Positions 11,101-19,714 of a stretch of 64,000 bases of DNA are shown here, in pieces. The stretch's first letter is position 1; each line of letters starts with the position of its first letter. Where the stretch lies: IMG/VR virus record IMGVR_UViG_3300028569_002586, positions 32,001 to 96,000 of that record; one strand, 5' to 3'. The notes under the pieces are model-generated. The model did no database searches. It saw only the letters and a list, made by a program, of their open reading frames with translations, and was not told the origin of the DNA. This DNA is from a virus. The position numbers were made by a program, and so were the translations under genes.

Positions 11101-11334
11101 TTTAACCACATCTTGTGCAGCAGTGGGTGTATAGTTCTTTGCTTCAAACCAATTGTTCAGATAGCTGTTGTAACGTGCAAACAGCTCTTCGGATGTCAAA
11201 GCTAATGAAGAATTGAATTTGAGCCATTCAATGAAGCTAATTGGATTGGTTCTGTCTATGGGTGTTTCTGCCAGGACATCTTTAGTAATAGAATTATCTA
11301 GTGTTTCATCAACAAATCTATTGATATCAAGCAT
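8179..11334 (-). CDS. Large virion structural protein (baseplate/fibre-associated, unassigned)
   Basis: 1051 aa, aromatic/Asn-rich, in baseplate cluster, own late promoter. Confidence 0.5.
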   Translation of the reverse strand: MLDINRFVDETLDNSITKDVLAETPIDRTNPISFIEWLKFNSSLALTSEELFARYNSYLNNWFEAKNYTPTAAQDVVKTYYLDFINEIVLNFTSVDERRFLKNIDYTNNRDLAIAVPFFAKKIKDICIYFSTLRDTAKTAVVEYNLKGSNSGLERLIYNEISKTLEAQDLTALIRTLNLSISSIRNDTLVELEELYDNYSDYFDLGTLPASAYNASGLRETDFVLNIFNIDAELYLNFDRSIVNAITSYPFFLTEIGTNNFSVLPAIDPSRLDLLKDRDFINLINNNTENNLKLNLLSELNKKYTGTDFYYVSTGNSLTNVASGMLFQAQSPFANYLNKLSPTVAFVPNEANLKTAKQQGLFFKPDRVGFLNFNNFNFTYNVNVTSLQTNTVYIFPDPNKFGNISGNTQQDQFSPLTFIEDNSFTQIDYSNCYKFGDVKSDPLLHTFRAYQAREQSIDFSNQGISRHVDPQDFFEDLLKNRWANSDVYPLVPSIFFPIETRLETLLSINKTLVQYKSDVYGNDYGLYKLTEPYKNTSAILSTISIENQDKNCLILDGHTFYDFTSGFNFDYTEVDPAKNYSGVIARTITQIPPGSGYFTHASSITGASPLSASQYDNGIPLFALSGEPFSIVSYRLQPERFCSDTINIFFDCNVRDGFSFISPNGDLLVDASSDDPSFDPITSPVYYDILADGGVNPSGPDYRANFAFAGVYTFTPPPSALTNYYAYYFVVSSFTDQFTPCNDEFYDPSNFVLYSRFFNIVLPNRDTAYVPTLPGLNEKQTIYQTKYINYGDLYFRNSNSSIIQPVSSALSGVFLKYPSSILDEINTKIINFDIYYDTLQLETQNHLVFDKIEFDYTDNSVRTSSNNETYVTRGNLNENIEKFSTVWFDEKNNELILAKTILHPTLSASNFKAIYPVIYALNLNTFNLVQIYPDMRVADIQYSDVIDFTLSGTGLNIDIVTVEKPILRFNSETSTYSITYLGKDTSNMFYIFNTDFKYFNGILANVINTMYTPTIETLHTNFSNPSSYQQFNTYSVVGSSIGNTGGNFIFA

Positions 11335-11339
11335 TAAAT

Positions 11340-11345
11340 TATTTA
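11340..11345 (-). promoter_or_regulatory. Late promoter box TAAATA, 5 nt before ATG 11334
   Basis: T4 gp55-type core; overlaps the upstream gene stop. Confidence 0.7.
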
Positions 11346-14300
11346 ATTGTTGAATACAATATCAACAGCACTAGTGAAGAGCTTTAATCCCTTGGTAATC
11401 TCATAGCTGAGTAGATTTTGCATGATGCCATCTGTTTTGGACCAGTCTCTATAGGAGCTCAAACTGGGGTTTAATAGTGTTAATGGGTCATACCAATTGA
11501 TTATATTGTTGTAATAGCTTCCCTGTATGCCATCAATGTATTCATTGAAACTGTAGTAATTTGCAATATCAGTACCTGAGACACTGCGGGGAGCAACCAA
11601 GCCCCATCCCCAATTGTAAGAAAACGTACTGAGAGGGACAACATCACCAATAACGTAGCCTGGTATGATGTTTGTGTTGGCCAGGCTGTATAAGTCAGAG
11701 AATGTCTCCAACACTACAACCGGCACGCCAACTGTAATTGCACCAGAAACAGGGGAAATTTTATTGCCGAGATTGCTGCCGTACAAGGGGTTATTTAAAT
11801 ATCCTTTTTTATCAAAATTGTTATTGAAGGTGTTCTTCTCACCCCATAGCAGTTTGTGCTTGATGCTCAATATATCGACCAACCGTCTCACTTGTGGTGG
11901 AAAAGGGTAATTGTACTGTTCAAACTGCAAGCTCACTTCATCACAGAATGATAATAACCTGTCCAAGTTGCATTTGTCAATATCAGCATTATTGGACACA
12001 AAATTAGCAATTTTTTCATATACTACTTTTCCAAGTTCATATGGCTGAGCGCTTATGTCACCTACTATGGTGCCAAGAAAGTTATCAAAAAATAGTTTTT
12101 TATCATCTAGTGATTCTTGATACCTGAGATTTTTATAGAATTGACTTGCATCAAAATCTTCATTAATTTTTGTTATGTTGTATTTGCCAGTGTCGGGGTA
12201 TATGTTGAAAAGCTCAGATTCACCGGTCACTGTTCTCACCACTGTGTAGGGCACCATGTACTTGTTGATCCATCTGGACCCATTCCAATCCCCATAAGAT
12301 TGAAAGAGTTGCTCAGTAAATGCTGATACAGGGTTTGCGGGGCTATTAGCGGGAAATGTGAGTGTAATGTAATCAGTGCTGCATAGAGATGTGAGATTAG
12401 TTGTGTAACTATCAATATAATACATTTTGTTATCGAAATTATTAATTGTCCAGATGTAATTGCTGGTGTCAGAAGCTATGCCGCCAATACTGCAAATATA
12501 ATTTGTTTGATTTAGTCCAGAGCCAGCAACATAATATCTTAATTGTGCAGTATCACCATCTATTCTAACAATAGTTTCTCTGTCATCTGCCACATAAGCA
12601 TTTTGACCACCATCAACAGTTATGTTGCCTGCCAGCCTGAAGCCTGACAAAGGATAGCCTGCAAGCACATTGCCAATGCTGTCAAATTTATAGACAAAAT
12701 CATTCTTGCCTGTTAATGAAGGTGAAGGTGAATTCAAATTGAGAGCTGTTAACCAGACATATTTGTTTCTATCCACTACAATTTCAACTGGTGAGATCAA
12801 GCTGGTGAGTGGTTTGGCGATTAGTAGGTTGCCGTCTGTGTCATATTTGATTAAGAAATTGGACACAGGGTGGGTGTAGGCAACCCAAATATTATTTTCA
12901 CTGTCTGTGTCTAAGGATGCAGGTAATAGAGCATTTTCACCTGCAAAACCACTCAATTCAGGAATATTATAATCAGAACTCAATGCATATACAGCATTCA
13001 TTAAGTTGGGGTAAGCAACAGCTTTCAAGTATCCTGTGTACCGGTCTATTTTAATGCATGAAACAGAATCAAACAGCGATATCCATATGTCACTGTTTCC
13101 ATCTAAGGCAACACTGTTTGGAGCTGCACTGGATAATTCCTGGGACTGCAGATCAACTGTGTTGAATGCATCCAATGGGTAAGCAGATAGGCTAAAAGCA
13201 GAAAGTATTTCACCGAAAATAGTTATTTTATAGATTTTATCTGCATTACCATCTGCAACCCATGATTGATAATCTTCTCCAGCTCCTGCACCTGAAGGTG
13301 CAACAGCAATGGCATAACTCTCTGTGCTGCCTGGTGTGGGATAATCATTAATGTACGCAGAAAGAATAACATTCATTGCACCTGCGCAAGAATCATAGAA
13401 TGTAGTTTTAAATATTCTTTTGATATAGAAATGTTGTGGTTCTGCCACCCAACCTACCAAGCTATCTTTAGGAAAATTGACTGGGTCAACAATTGCCATG
13501 CTTGCTGTGAGTTTCACATTTTCAGTGCTCTCATGTGGTATGATGTATCCTTTGTAGAAGCTGCCTACTGACTGAGGTATATCTACACTAAAATCACTAT
13601 AGAATGACAGGTTGGTAAGACATGCTGTTGCAGTGCCAGTATCTTGCACAAGTGAAATTTCTAAATTATAAGCAGATAAACCAGATAGAGAAGGGTCCAC
13701 TGTGGCAGATGAAAGAGGGGGATAGGTTCTGGTTGTGTATCCTGTTTCATCTTTCATTCTGATGACAAAAGGTATTTCAGTATTCTGCCAGCTTATGTAA
13801 GGCATGTTAAAGTTTGTAGCTGTGAGAGGCCCTTCACCGTCAATGCCGTTTGTTGTGATGGCTAATTTATTTGCAGGGTTGTGTCTTACTTTGATGATAG
13901 GCAACACAGCAGGTTGCAGATTCTGATACCCTGCAGGTGGGTAGCCAATGTAATTCTGCACATCAGTAAGCACAGCATATGCATCCTTGAATTTTGCATT
14001 ATCAAAAGTCGCCATGATCAGGATGGGTGGCTCCCTTGAGGTGTAATTTTTTGTTTTATCATCCACATAGTAAAAATCTGCATAACCTGTGGTCCCTGCA
14101 AAGTATGCTCCTGCATCTTCTTCCCTGCATGCTTCAATGCTGTTGTTGACTATTCTTGCATATACGTCAGTATCTTTGGTATTGACATGATCAACAATAA
14201 CAAATTCATCATTATCACCTATGGTTTGCACTTCATAAAAGCGGGACAAGCTTCGAAGATGGCTCCATTTATCATTGATAAAAGAATTGTAATCAATGTA

Positions 14301-14789
14301 GCTGCCTGCAGCTCCTGATGCATACAGATTAATGGTGTATGTGCCGCTCAAAGCATCATATGATTGCCAGCTGTTTTGGCGCTGGATGGTCAAGGGCTCT
14401 ATGATTCTGCTTGCAGGTACGTCATATATGAATCTCTTGAAATCTTTAAACTCAAGCTTATCTGCAACAAAGTCATGTATTTGTATTGTGGGCTGGTAGC
14501 TACTGTCATATGCATTGCCATAGTTGTCAAAAACAGTTAAACGTGGTTTGTAATTGCCAGGCCATCTGTAAACATGTGAAGCAGTGAGATCATTGGAAAA
14601 GGTACCATCACCAAAATTCCACTCAATTTTTTTATTACTAAGCACCACAGCTCCAGTTAGCAAGGGTGAGGATGTAAAATCAGGAATAAAAGTAATTGGT
14701 GTAATGTCTAATGTATATGAAGATAAAACATTATTACCGGTATAATCATTACTAAAGAAAAAGAGGTAAGAAAAATTAACAGAAGCCAT
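11343..14789 (-). CDS. Baseplate-associated protein with PKD domain, NHL/beta-propeller repeats and a possible gp7/tail-protein-I-like C-terminus
   Basis: WNFGDG...HVY..PG.Y PKD motif; repeated D...NIWV blades; directly downstream of gp6. Confidence 0.6.
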   Translation of the reverse strand: MASVNFSYLFFFSNDYTGNNVLSSYTLDITPITFIPDFTSSPLLTGAVVLSNKKIEWNFGDGTFSNDLTASHVYRWPGNYKPRLTVFDNYGNAYDSSYQPTIQIHDFVADKLEFKDFKRFIYDVPASRIIEPLTIQRQNSWQSYDALSGTYTINLYASGAAGSYIDYNSFINDKWSHLRSLSRFYEVQTIGDNDEFVIVDHVNTKDTDVYARIVNNSIEACREEDAGAYFAGTTGYADFYYVDDKTKNYTSREPPILIMATFDNAKFKDAYAVLTDVQNYIGYPPAGYQNLQPAVLPIIKVRHNPANKLAITTNGIDGEGPLTATNFNMPYISWQNTEIPFVIRMKDETGYTTRTYPPLSSATVDPSLSGLSAYNLEISLVQDTGTATACLTNLSFYSDFSVDIPQSVGSFYKGYIIPHESTENVKLTASMAIVDPVNFPKDSLVGWVAEPQHFYIKRIFKTTFYDSCAGAMNVILSAYINDYPTPGSTESYAIAVAPSGAGAGEDYQSWVADGNADKIYKITIFGEILSAFSLSAYPLDAFNTVDLQSQELSSAAPNSVALDGNSDIWISLFDSVSCIKIDRYTGYLKAVAYPNLMNAVYALSSDYNIPELSGFAGENALLPASLDTDSENNIWVAYTHPVSNFLIKYDTDGNLLIAKPLTSLISPVEIVVDRNKYVWLTALNLNSPSPSLTGKNDFVYKFDSIGNVLAGYPLSGFRLAGNITVDGGQNAYVADDRETIVRIDGDTAQLRYYVAGSGLNQTNYICSIGGIASDTSNYIWTINNFDNKMYYIDSYTTNLTSLCSTDYITLTFPANSPANPVSAFTEQLFQSYGDWNGSRWINKYMVPYTVVRTVTGESELFNIYPDTGKYNITKINEDFDASQFYKNLRYQESLDDKKLFFDNFLGTIVGDISAQPYELGKVVYEKIANFVSNNADIDKCNLDRLLSFCDEVSLQFEQYNYPFPPQVRRLVDILSIKHKLLWGEKNTFNNNFDKKGYLNNPLYGSNLGNKISPVSGAITVGVPVVVLETFSDLYSLANTNIIPGYVIGDVVPLSTFSYNWGWGLVAPRSVSGTDIANYYSFNEYIDGIQGSYYNNIINWYDPLTLLNPSLSSYRDWSKTDGIMQNLLSYEITKGLKLFTSAVDIVFNN

Positions 14790-16651
14790 TAGAACTCTCT
14801 TTCAATAGATTGTATTGAAGGAGTTATGACATTAATTTTATTGATGAAATCGAGTTGGTTGTTGAGGAAGGGGAATTTAAAGAATGGGAGTGCAGTGTCT
14901 TGTGTTATAATGGCTATATCGTCATAGGGATAGACCGGATTATATACAAGCAGACTGACTCCAGGTACTTTTATTGTACTTCCATTAACTGTACGTACTG
15001 TATTGATTTCATTTACTCCTTCAATCTGTAGTATACTGTTTGATATATCAGTAAGAGATATTGTTAAACCTAAATTATTTTTTGTTGTAGAGAAATAATT
15101 AATAAAGATTTCTGCAATCTGTTTTTTAAGTGTTTCAGGGTTTCTCCTGGCAGTAACACTTCTTGAGATTTGTAAGAAAGTAGTATCAGCAATTGATGGT
15201 GCAAGATCTTCACCTGAAGCTTTTAGCCCAAGATCAACAAGCACATAAACAGGGTCAGCAACGACCACTTCAGCAGTTGCTAGCTTAGTACTGTTCACAT
15301 CGTTGAGGATGACTTGTTTTTGTGCGCTATTTAAATAGTTTGCTCTAGTTGTAAGTGAAGTGACTTTTTCAAGTCTGGGAACTGCATAAACATACACGTT
15401 ATTAAAGTTACATGAATCAGAAAATTTAACTTGATTGAATAATACTCTGGATTCAATATTTGGTTTTTCAACTCCGATATCAAAATAATACTTCACATGT
15501 TGGCTTAGAAAGTCCCAATTGTTAACTACTTTAGCTGAAGCAAGAATGTTGCTGTAATTTTTAAGAATATAATTTGTAAAATCCTCAGCAGTAATCAAAC
15601 GGTATTGGCTCTTGAATGTATTGATGGAGTTTTGTTTTATGCTGGTGACACTCTCTGCTTCAACGTAGTTGGTAGATGGGTCACTGTTTGTAAAGGTAAT
15701 ATAAGAAGCTTGTGTGGGTGTTATGACAGTTAGATTAACAGGTGTAGTATCATTCTTGATTTCATTGAATCGTGTTGTTGCATAGGAAAATAAGTTGTTA
15801 TTGTTTAGAATATTTGGTCCAATTTGTCCTGATGTGCCACCAGACTTGAGATAGTATATGGCCACCTCATCACCCGCATTGAGTTGCTTGCCATTAATAT
15901 TATTACCAAACTTTATTTCATATCGCCCACTTTCATTGAGTCTAATTTCATATTTCAAAGAATTGGACCTTTCAAGGAACAGCGATGCTGTTGGGCTCCA
16001 TTTGGACCATGTAGGATTTGATGTGGTATTGTCTCTGACATACACATCAATATTAAAATGGTCAATAACAATATTATTACCTGCATTATCAACAACTGTG
16101 AGTGTAATGACTTCAAAAGGTTCCCCAGCAGCGACATACGTAGGGTATTCAACATATGTTCCTTGATAGAGGAGATTTTGACTACTAAAGTCAGATAAAA
16201 ATTCTGTTCCTGAAGTGGCTTTTGTAAATGATATGTCGTTATTAAAAGAATAGTTAACACCGTTTACAGTAAAATAAGAATATCTTTGAATGGTGTAGGT
16301 CTCAGGTACTAGCTGTTGTGAGGCAGTTGCTTGAAAAGGCAATATGGATGTTTGATTGCCCACAGGGCTGTAGTTGATTAGCTTAACAATTTTATTGATG
16401 TTTTCATAAAGCTCAGCATTTGTAAAAGAACTTTCAGAGCTTGTACGGTTAAGATAGAATAACAACACATGGTATGCATAAGCAACAATATCAATGATAG
16501 AAGAGATGTTGCTACCTTCAAAATTTTGATCAGTGAAGACGTCATTGCTGTTTAATCTCTTGATGATGAGGTTTTTCAGGGATAGTGCGTCAAACGCTGC
16601 ATAGCCATCAACATTCAGATTGAAATTATTAAATGTGTTTTGTGTTGCCAT
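14789..16651 (-). CDS. gp6: Baseplate wedge protein (T4 gp6-like)
   Basis: FTDQNFEGSNIS..IDIVAY, YEIKFGNNINGK, QYRLITAEDF motifs; follows gp25. Confidence 0.85.
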   Translation of the reverse strand: MATQNTFNNFNLNVDGYAAFDALSLKNLIIKRLNSNDVFTDQNFEGSNISSIIDIVAYAYHVLLFYLNRTSSESSFTNAELYENINKIVKLINYSPVGNQTSILPFQATASQQLVPETYTIQRYSYFTVNGVNYSFNNDISFTKATSGTEFLSDFSSQNLLYQGTYVEYPTYVAAGEPFEVITLTVVDNAGNNIVIDHFNIDVYVRDNTTSNPTWSKWSPTASLFLERSNSLKYEIRLNESGRYEIKFGNNINGKQLNAGDEVAIYYLKSGGTSGQIGPNILNNNNLFSYATTRFNEIKNDTTPVNLTVITPTQASYITFTNSDPSTNYVEAESVTSIKQNSINTFKSQYRLITAEDFTNYILKNYSNILASAKVVNNWDFLSQHVKYYFDIGVEKPNIESRVLFNQVKFSDSCNFNNVYVYAVPRLEKVTSLTTRANYLNSAQKQVILNDVNSTKLATAEVVVADPVYVLVDLGLKASGEDLAPSIADTTFLQISRSVTARRNPETLKKQIAEIFINYFSTTKNNLGLTISLTDISNSILQIEGVNEINTVRTVNGSTIKVPGVSLLVYNPVYPYDDIAIITQDTALPFFKFPFLNNQLDFINKINVITPSIQSIEREF

Positions 16652-16652
16652 A

Positions 16653-17132
16653 TTAATTATTGAAGTAGAACCCAGAATTACTTAATGTTCCTATGAGCTT
16701 AAAGGATGTATTTGTTATGCGTGGAGCAGATACAGTTAGTGTGATAATGTACTGGCTGTTCACCTCATCCACCACAATGTCTATCTTCTTGATAGAGACT
16801 CTTGGTTCAAAGGTGGCAATACCATTTAAAATCTCATTACCAATTGAATTGGCAATATTCTTGCTCACAGGGTCAAACAGATATTGTACCAAGTTTAGTC
16901 CAAAATAGGGGTTTAATATCTTTTGGCCTGGTATAGTGGTAAACAAGTTGAAGATGCTTGTTTTAATAGCATCATAATCAAGACTATTGATGGAATCTTT
17001 GATTTCTTGTGTCTTGAGCAACTCATTGTTTCTTGTGTAGTCAAATTCTAAATCAAGCTTTATATCAGAATATGTGAATCCTTGGTATGTTTCTGCAGGT
17101 TTTTGAACTGTCTTTATATTGATAGAAGCCAC
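16653..17132 (-). CDS. gp25: Baseplate wedge subunit (gp25/GPW family)
   Basis: YSDI.L, AIKTSIFNLFTTIPGQKILNPYFG, FEPRV motifs. Confidence 0.9.
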   Translation of the reverse strand: MASINIKTVQKPAETYQGFTYSDIKLDLEFDYTRNNELLKTQEIKDSINSLDYDAIKTSIFNLFTTIPGQKILNPYFGLNLVQYLFDPVSKNIANSIGNEILNGIATFEPRVSIKKIDIVVDEVNSQYIITLTVSAPRITNTSFKLIGTLSNSGFYFNN

Positions 17133-17137
17133 AAAAA

Positions 17138-17145
17138 TATTTATA
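17138..17145 (-). promoter_or_regulatory. Perfect T4 late promoter TATAAATA, 5 nt before GTG 17132
   Basis: Exact match to the T4 late consensus. Confidence 0.8.
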
Positions 17146-17181
17146 TTTAAAATTAAATTAAGAAACTTATATCTTATAAGA

Positions 17182-17187
17182 TAAATA
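17182..17187 (+). promoter_or_regulatory. Late promoter box TAAATA, 5 nt before GTG 17193
   Basis: Divergent from the gp25 promoter. Confidence 0.7.
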
Positions 17188-17192
17188 TTAAT

Positions 17193-17798
17193 GTGGAAAT
17201 GAAATTTATTAAACTATATGAAGCTGCTATTAGCAGATACAACAGAGGTGGGTTTCTAACAAGTGATAGAGTTAAGTTTGTTGACGGTGTTTTGAAGAAT
17301 GACTTCTTTAAAAACCAGCCAGACTCCATCAAAACAGCTGTAAAATCACTGATTGACTCTGGTTTAAACCTCAGAGTGAAGAATGTCAAATCAGCAATGC
17401 CAGCAGTAATGGGTGCTGGTAATCCTGATAATTTTGGTTATAGCTTTTCCATTGAAGTAGTGCCTGAGATTGCTCCAGGTCGATTTGATTACAACAGAAC
17501 AGTAGTAGTACCTGCAAACTTTCTTTCCCATCAGAATGATGGCATCAATCTGCCTCCAGTGCCTGATCAGTTCAAATACGACAACAAAGTTCAAATTGAA
17601 CCAACAGAAGTGGAAGTACATGATACAAAGAATCATTACACACCTCAGCAGCAAACACACATGTCAGATCTTGGCAACAAAAAGCTTGCTACAGGTGATA
17701 GAGAGTTAACAGATAAAAATACAGTCATCCCCAGCTCACCAGCAGTGGGTCATAGGGACCCTGCTTCATACACTGCTCAATATTTACCGAAAAACTGA
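17193..17798 (+). CDS. Hypothetical late protein with capsid-targeting-like N-terminus (MKFIKLYE)
   Basis: ORF with late promoter; L-Y-E motif resembles a gp21 cleavage site. Confidence 0.55.
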   Translation: MEMKFIKLYEAAISRYNRGGFLTSDRVKFVDGVLKNDFFKNQPDSIKTAVKSLIDSGLNLRVKNVKSAMPAVMGAGNPDNFGYSFSIEVVPEIAPGRFDYNRTVVVPANFLSHQNDGINLPPVPDQFKYDNKVQIEPTEVEVHDTKNHYTPQQQTHMSDLGNKKLATGDRELTDKNTVIPSSPAVGHRDPASYTAQYLPKN

Positions 17799-18734
17799 AA
17801 ATAGGCTTGGGTCTGCAAGAAGGATAAAACAACTAAAACAATTGATCTCTTGATCTGCAACAAAAGCTGATCTGTACAAATGTTCAGCAACAATCACAAG
17901 AAATTTTCTTTTTAAATCAACATCCTGTTCTTCTTCTTCAATATACTTGAAAAGATTGCGCAATAACGACACATAATCAGAATTGAACGCATGTTCATTT
18001 TCAATCAAAGCTTTTCTCAAGGCATTCACATTTTTAGCTTTAATCTCTTTGTATACCAATGAAACCAGTTCATTGTTATTGAAATTAGAAATGTTTAGCT
18101 TGCCGCTAACAGAGAACTTCTGCAATTCATTTATGCAAAATCTCAGATCAGGGTAGCATGATTTTACAAAATCAATTAAAATTGATTTTTGGTCTTCATT
18201 TATTTCAATCTTTTCATATTTTAAGATGGACACACATCTCTTCAAGACACCATTCAAAGGTGGAGTCACATCAAAGCTCTGACATCTGCTTTGCAGAGCA
18301 GGTATGATTCTGTATTTGTAATTAGCGGTGAGAATAAAGCGTGTGATGCCAGCAAACTCTTCCATGGTATTGCGGAGTGCCCGCTGGCCTTCTAAAGATA
18401 TGCCATCTGCTTCATCCAAAATGACCACCTTGATGTTACCATCAAAGCTCTTGGTCTGCGCAAAACTAGTGACCTTGGTTCTTATGGTATCAATGCCATT
18501 CTCATCACTTGCGTTGATATACAGGTATTGACACTTTAAAATATCATTAACAATAATTTTGGCTAGAGATGTTTTGCCCAGGCCTTGTTTTCCAGCCAGG
18601 AGGATGTTGGGAATTTGATTCTTCTTTGCAAAGCTATTGATAATCTCCAGATTTGTATCTGATACAACGAAATCTGTGAGTGTTTTTGGACGGTATTTTT
18701 CTATCCAAAGATTTGAAAAATCATTTATGTTCAT
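17784..18734 (-). CDS. gp44: Clamp loader large subunit (gp44/RFC small-subunit family)
   Basis: LWIEKYRP, GKQGLGKT Walker A, ILDEAD, ALQSRC. Confidence 0.92.
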   Translation of the reverse strand: MNINDFSNLWIEKYRPKTLTDFVVSDTNLEIINSFAKKNQIPNILLAGKQGLGKTSLAKIIVNDILKCQYLYINASDENGIDTIRTKVTSFAQTKSFDGNIKVVILDEADGISLEGQRALRNTMEEFAGITRFILTANYKYRIIPALQSRCQSFDVTPPLNGVLKRCVSILKYEKIEINEDQKSILIDFVKSCYPDLRFCINELQKFSVSGKLNISNFNNNELVSLVYKEIKAKNVNALRKALIENEHAFNSDYVSLLRNLFKYIEEEEQDVDLKRKFLVIVAEHLYRSAFVADQEINCFSCFILLADPSLFSVFR

Positions 18735-19183
18735 TTACCAGAGGAACCAAATCCCTTGTCACCGCGTGAAGTTTCCTGTGCAGTGCCCCATTCAACATGC
18801 ATGTGAATATTAAAGTATATGGCAAATTGTGCAATGCGATCGCCTATTTTAACTTGGTAGTCAGTATCTGTATGGTTGTAGAGCTTGACACCAGCATCAC
18901 CTCGGTATCCATTATCAATGATTCCTGGGTGTGCTGAGATGCCATGTTTGAACCCCAAGCCACTTCTGCTCTCAACTTTAATCCAATAACCTTCTGGTAT
19001 ATCAGCAAACTTAAAGCCCACATTTATCACACCACTGCCTCTTGCAGGTATTGTCTTGTCTTCAATGCTATAAACATCATAACCTGTATCAGATTCATGG
19101 TTTTTTGAGGGAAGCTTGGCATCCGGATGTGTCTTTTCAAACTTTAAAACAGGCATATAGGCAAGGTTGGGGTCTGCATTCAT
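18731..19183 (-). CDS. dut: dUTPase
   Basis: TGYD, RSGLG, GIIDNGYRG, RIAQ, RGDKGFGSSG motifs. Confidence 0.95.
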   Translation of the reverse strand: MNADPNLAYMPVLKFEKTHPDAKLPSKNHESDTGYDVYSIEDKTIPARGSGVINVGFKFADIPEGYWIKVESRSGLGFKHGISAHPGIIDNGYRGDAGVKLYNHTDTDYQVKIGDRIAQFAIYFNIHMHVEWGTAQETSRGDKGFGSSGK

Positions 19184-19189
19184 AATCCT

Positions 19190-19217
19190 ATTATAATATA
19201 AGTTTATAAAAACTCAA
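19190..19217 (-). promoter_or_regulatory. sigma70-type promoter TTGAGT-16-TATAAT, 6 nt before dut ATG
   Basis: Near-consensus -35/-10. Confidence 0.7.
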
Positions 19218-19224
19218 ACGTTAA

Positions 19225-19230
19225 TAAATA
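19225..19230 (+). promoter_or_regulatory. Late promoter box TAAATA, 7 nt before ATG 19238
   Basis: Motif and position. Confidence 0.65.
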
Positions 19231-19237
19231 TTTTATA

Positions 19238-19714
19238 ATGAGTGATGAATTGAATGAGATGGTGGGTGATCTGTTGAACCAACTAAATGATGCGCAACAG
19301 GTTGCAAAAAAAGTTGAAAAAGAGAATAACCCTCTCAAGAAAGAGAATTTAGAAAAATTTGTTGTAGAGAGAGCTGGAACACTTGTGGAAGAGAGCCTTG
19401 CCATGCTGCAAAACGTAAAGGATTACATTGTCTCAGCTCCAGAGAATAAGGATGTAGCAGCTTTTTCAGATTTAGTTGCAGCCACATCTTCTGCCATTGA
19501 AACTCTTAATAAAATCTTGATGAGTGACAGAAGAAATGAAACACTTGTACAGGTTAAGAAGATGGATATTGATTCTAAGAGAGAGCTCAAACAGGAAGAC
19601 ACATCACAGAAGCTGTTGGCAACCAGAGAAGAAGTATTTAAGATGCTTATGAATAATGTTAAGGTAACTGAAAAACAAGCAATAGAAATTGAGCCTGATC
19701 TTCCCAATAGTTAG
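19238..19714 (+). CDS. Probable terminase small subunit (T4 gp16-like)
   Basis: Helical 158 aa; SAPENKDVAAFSDLV..SAIETLNKI and LLATREEVFKML resemble the gp16 central and C-terminal motifs; late promoter. Confidence 0.55.
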   Translation: MSDELNEMVGDLLNQLNDAQQVAKKVEKENNPLKKENLEKFVVERAGTLVEESLAMLQNVKDYIVSAPENKDVAAFSDLVAATSSAIETLNKILMSDRRNETLVQVKKMDIDSKRELKQEDTSQKLLATREEVFKMLMNNVKVTEKQAIEIEPDLPNS

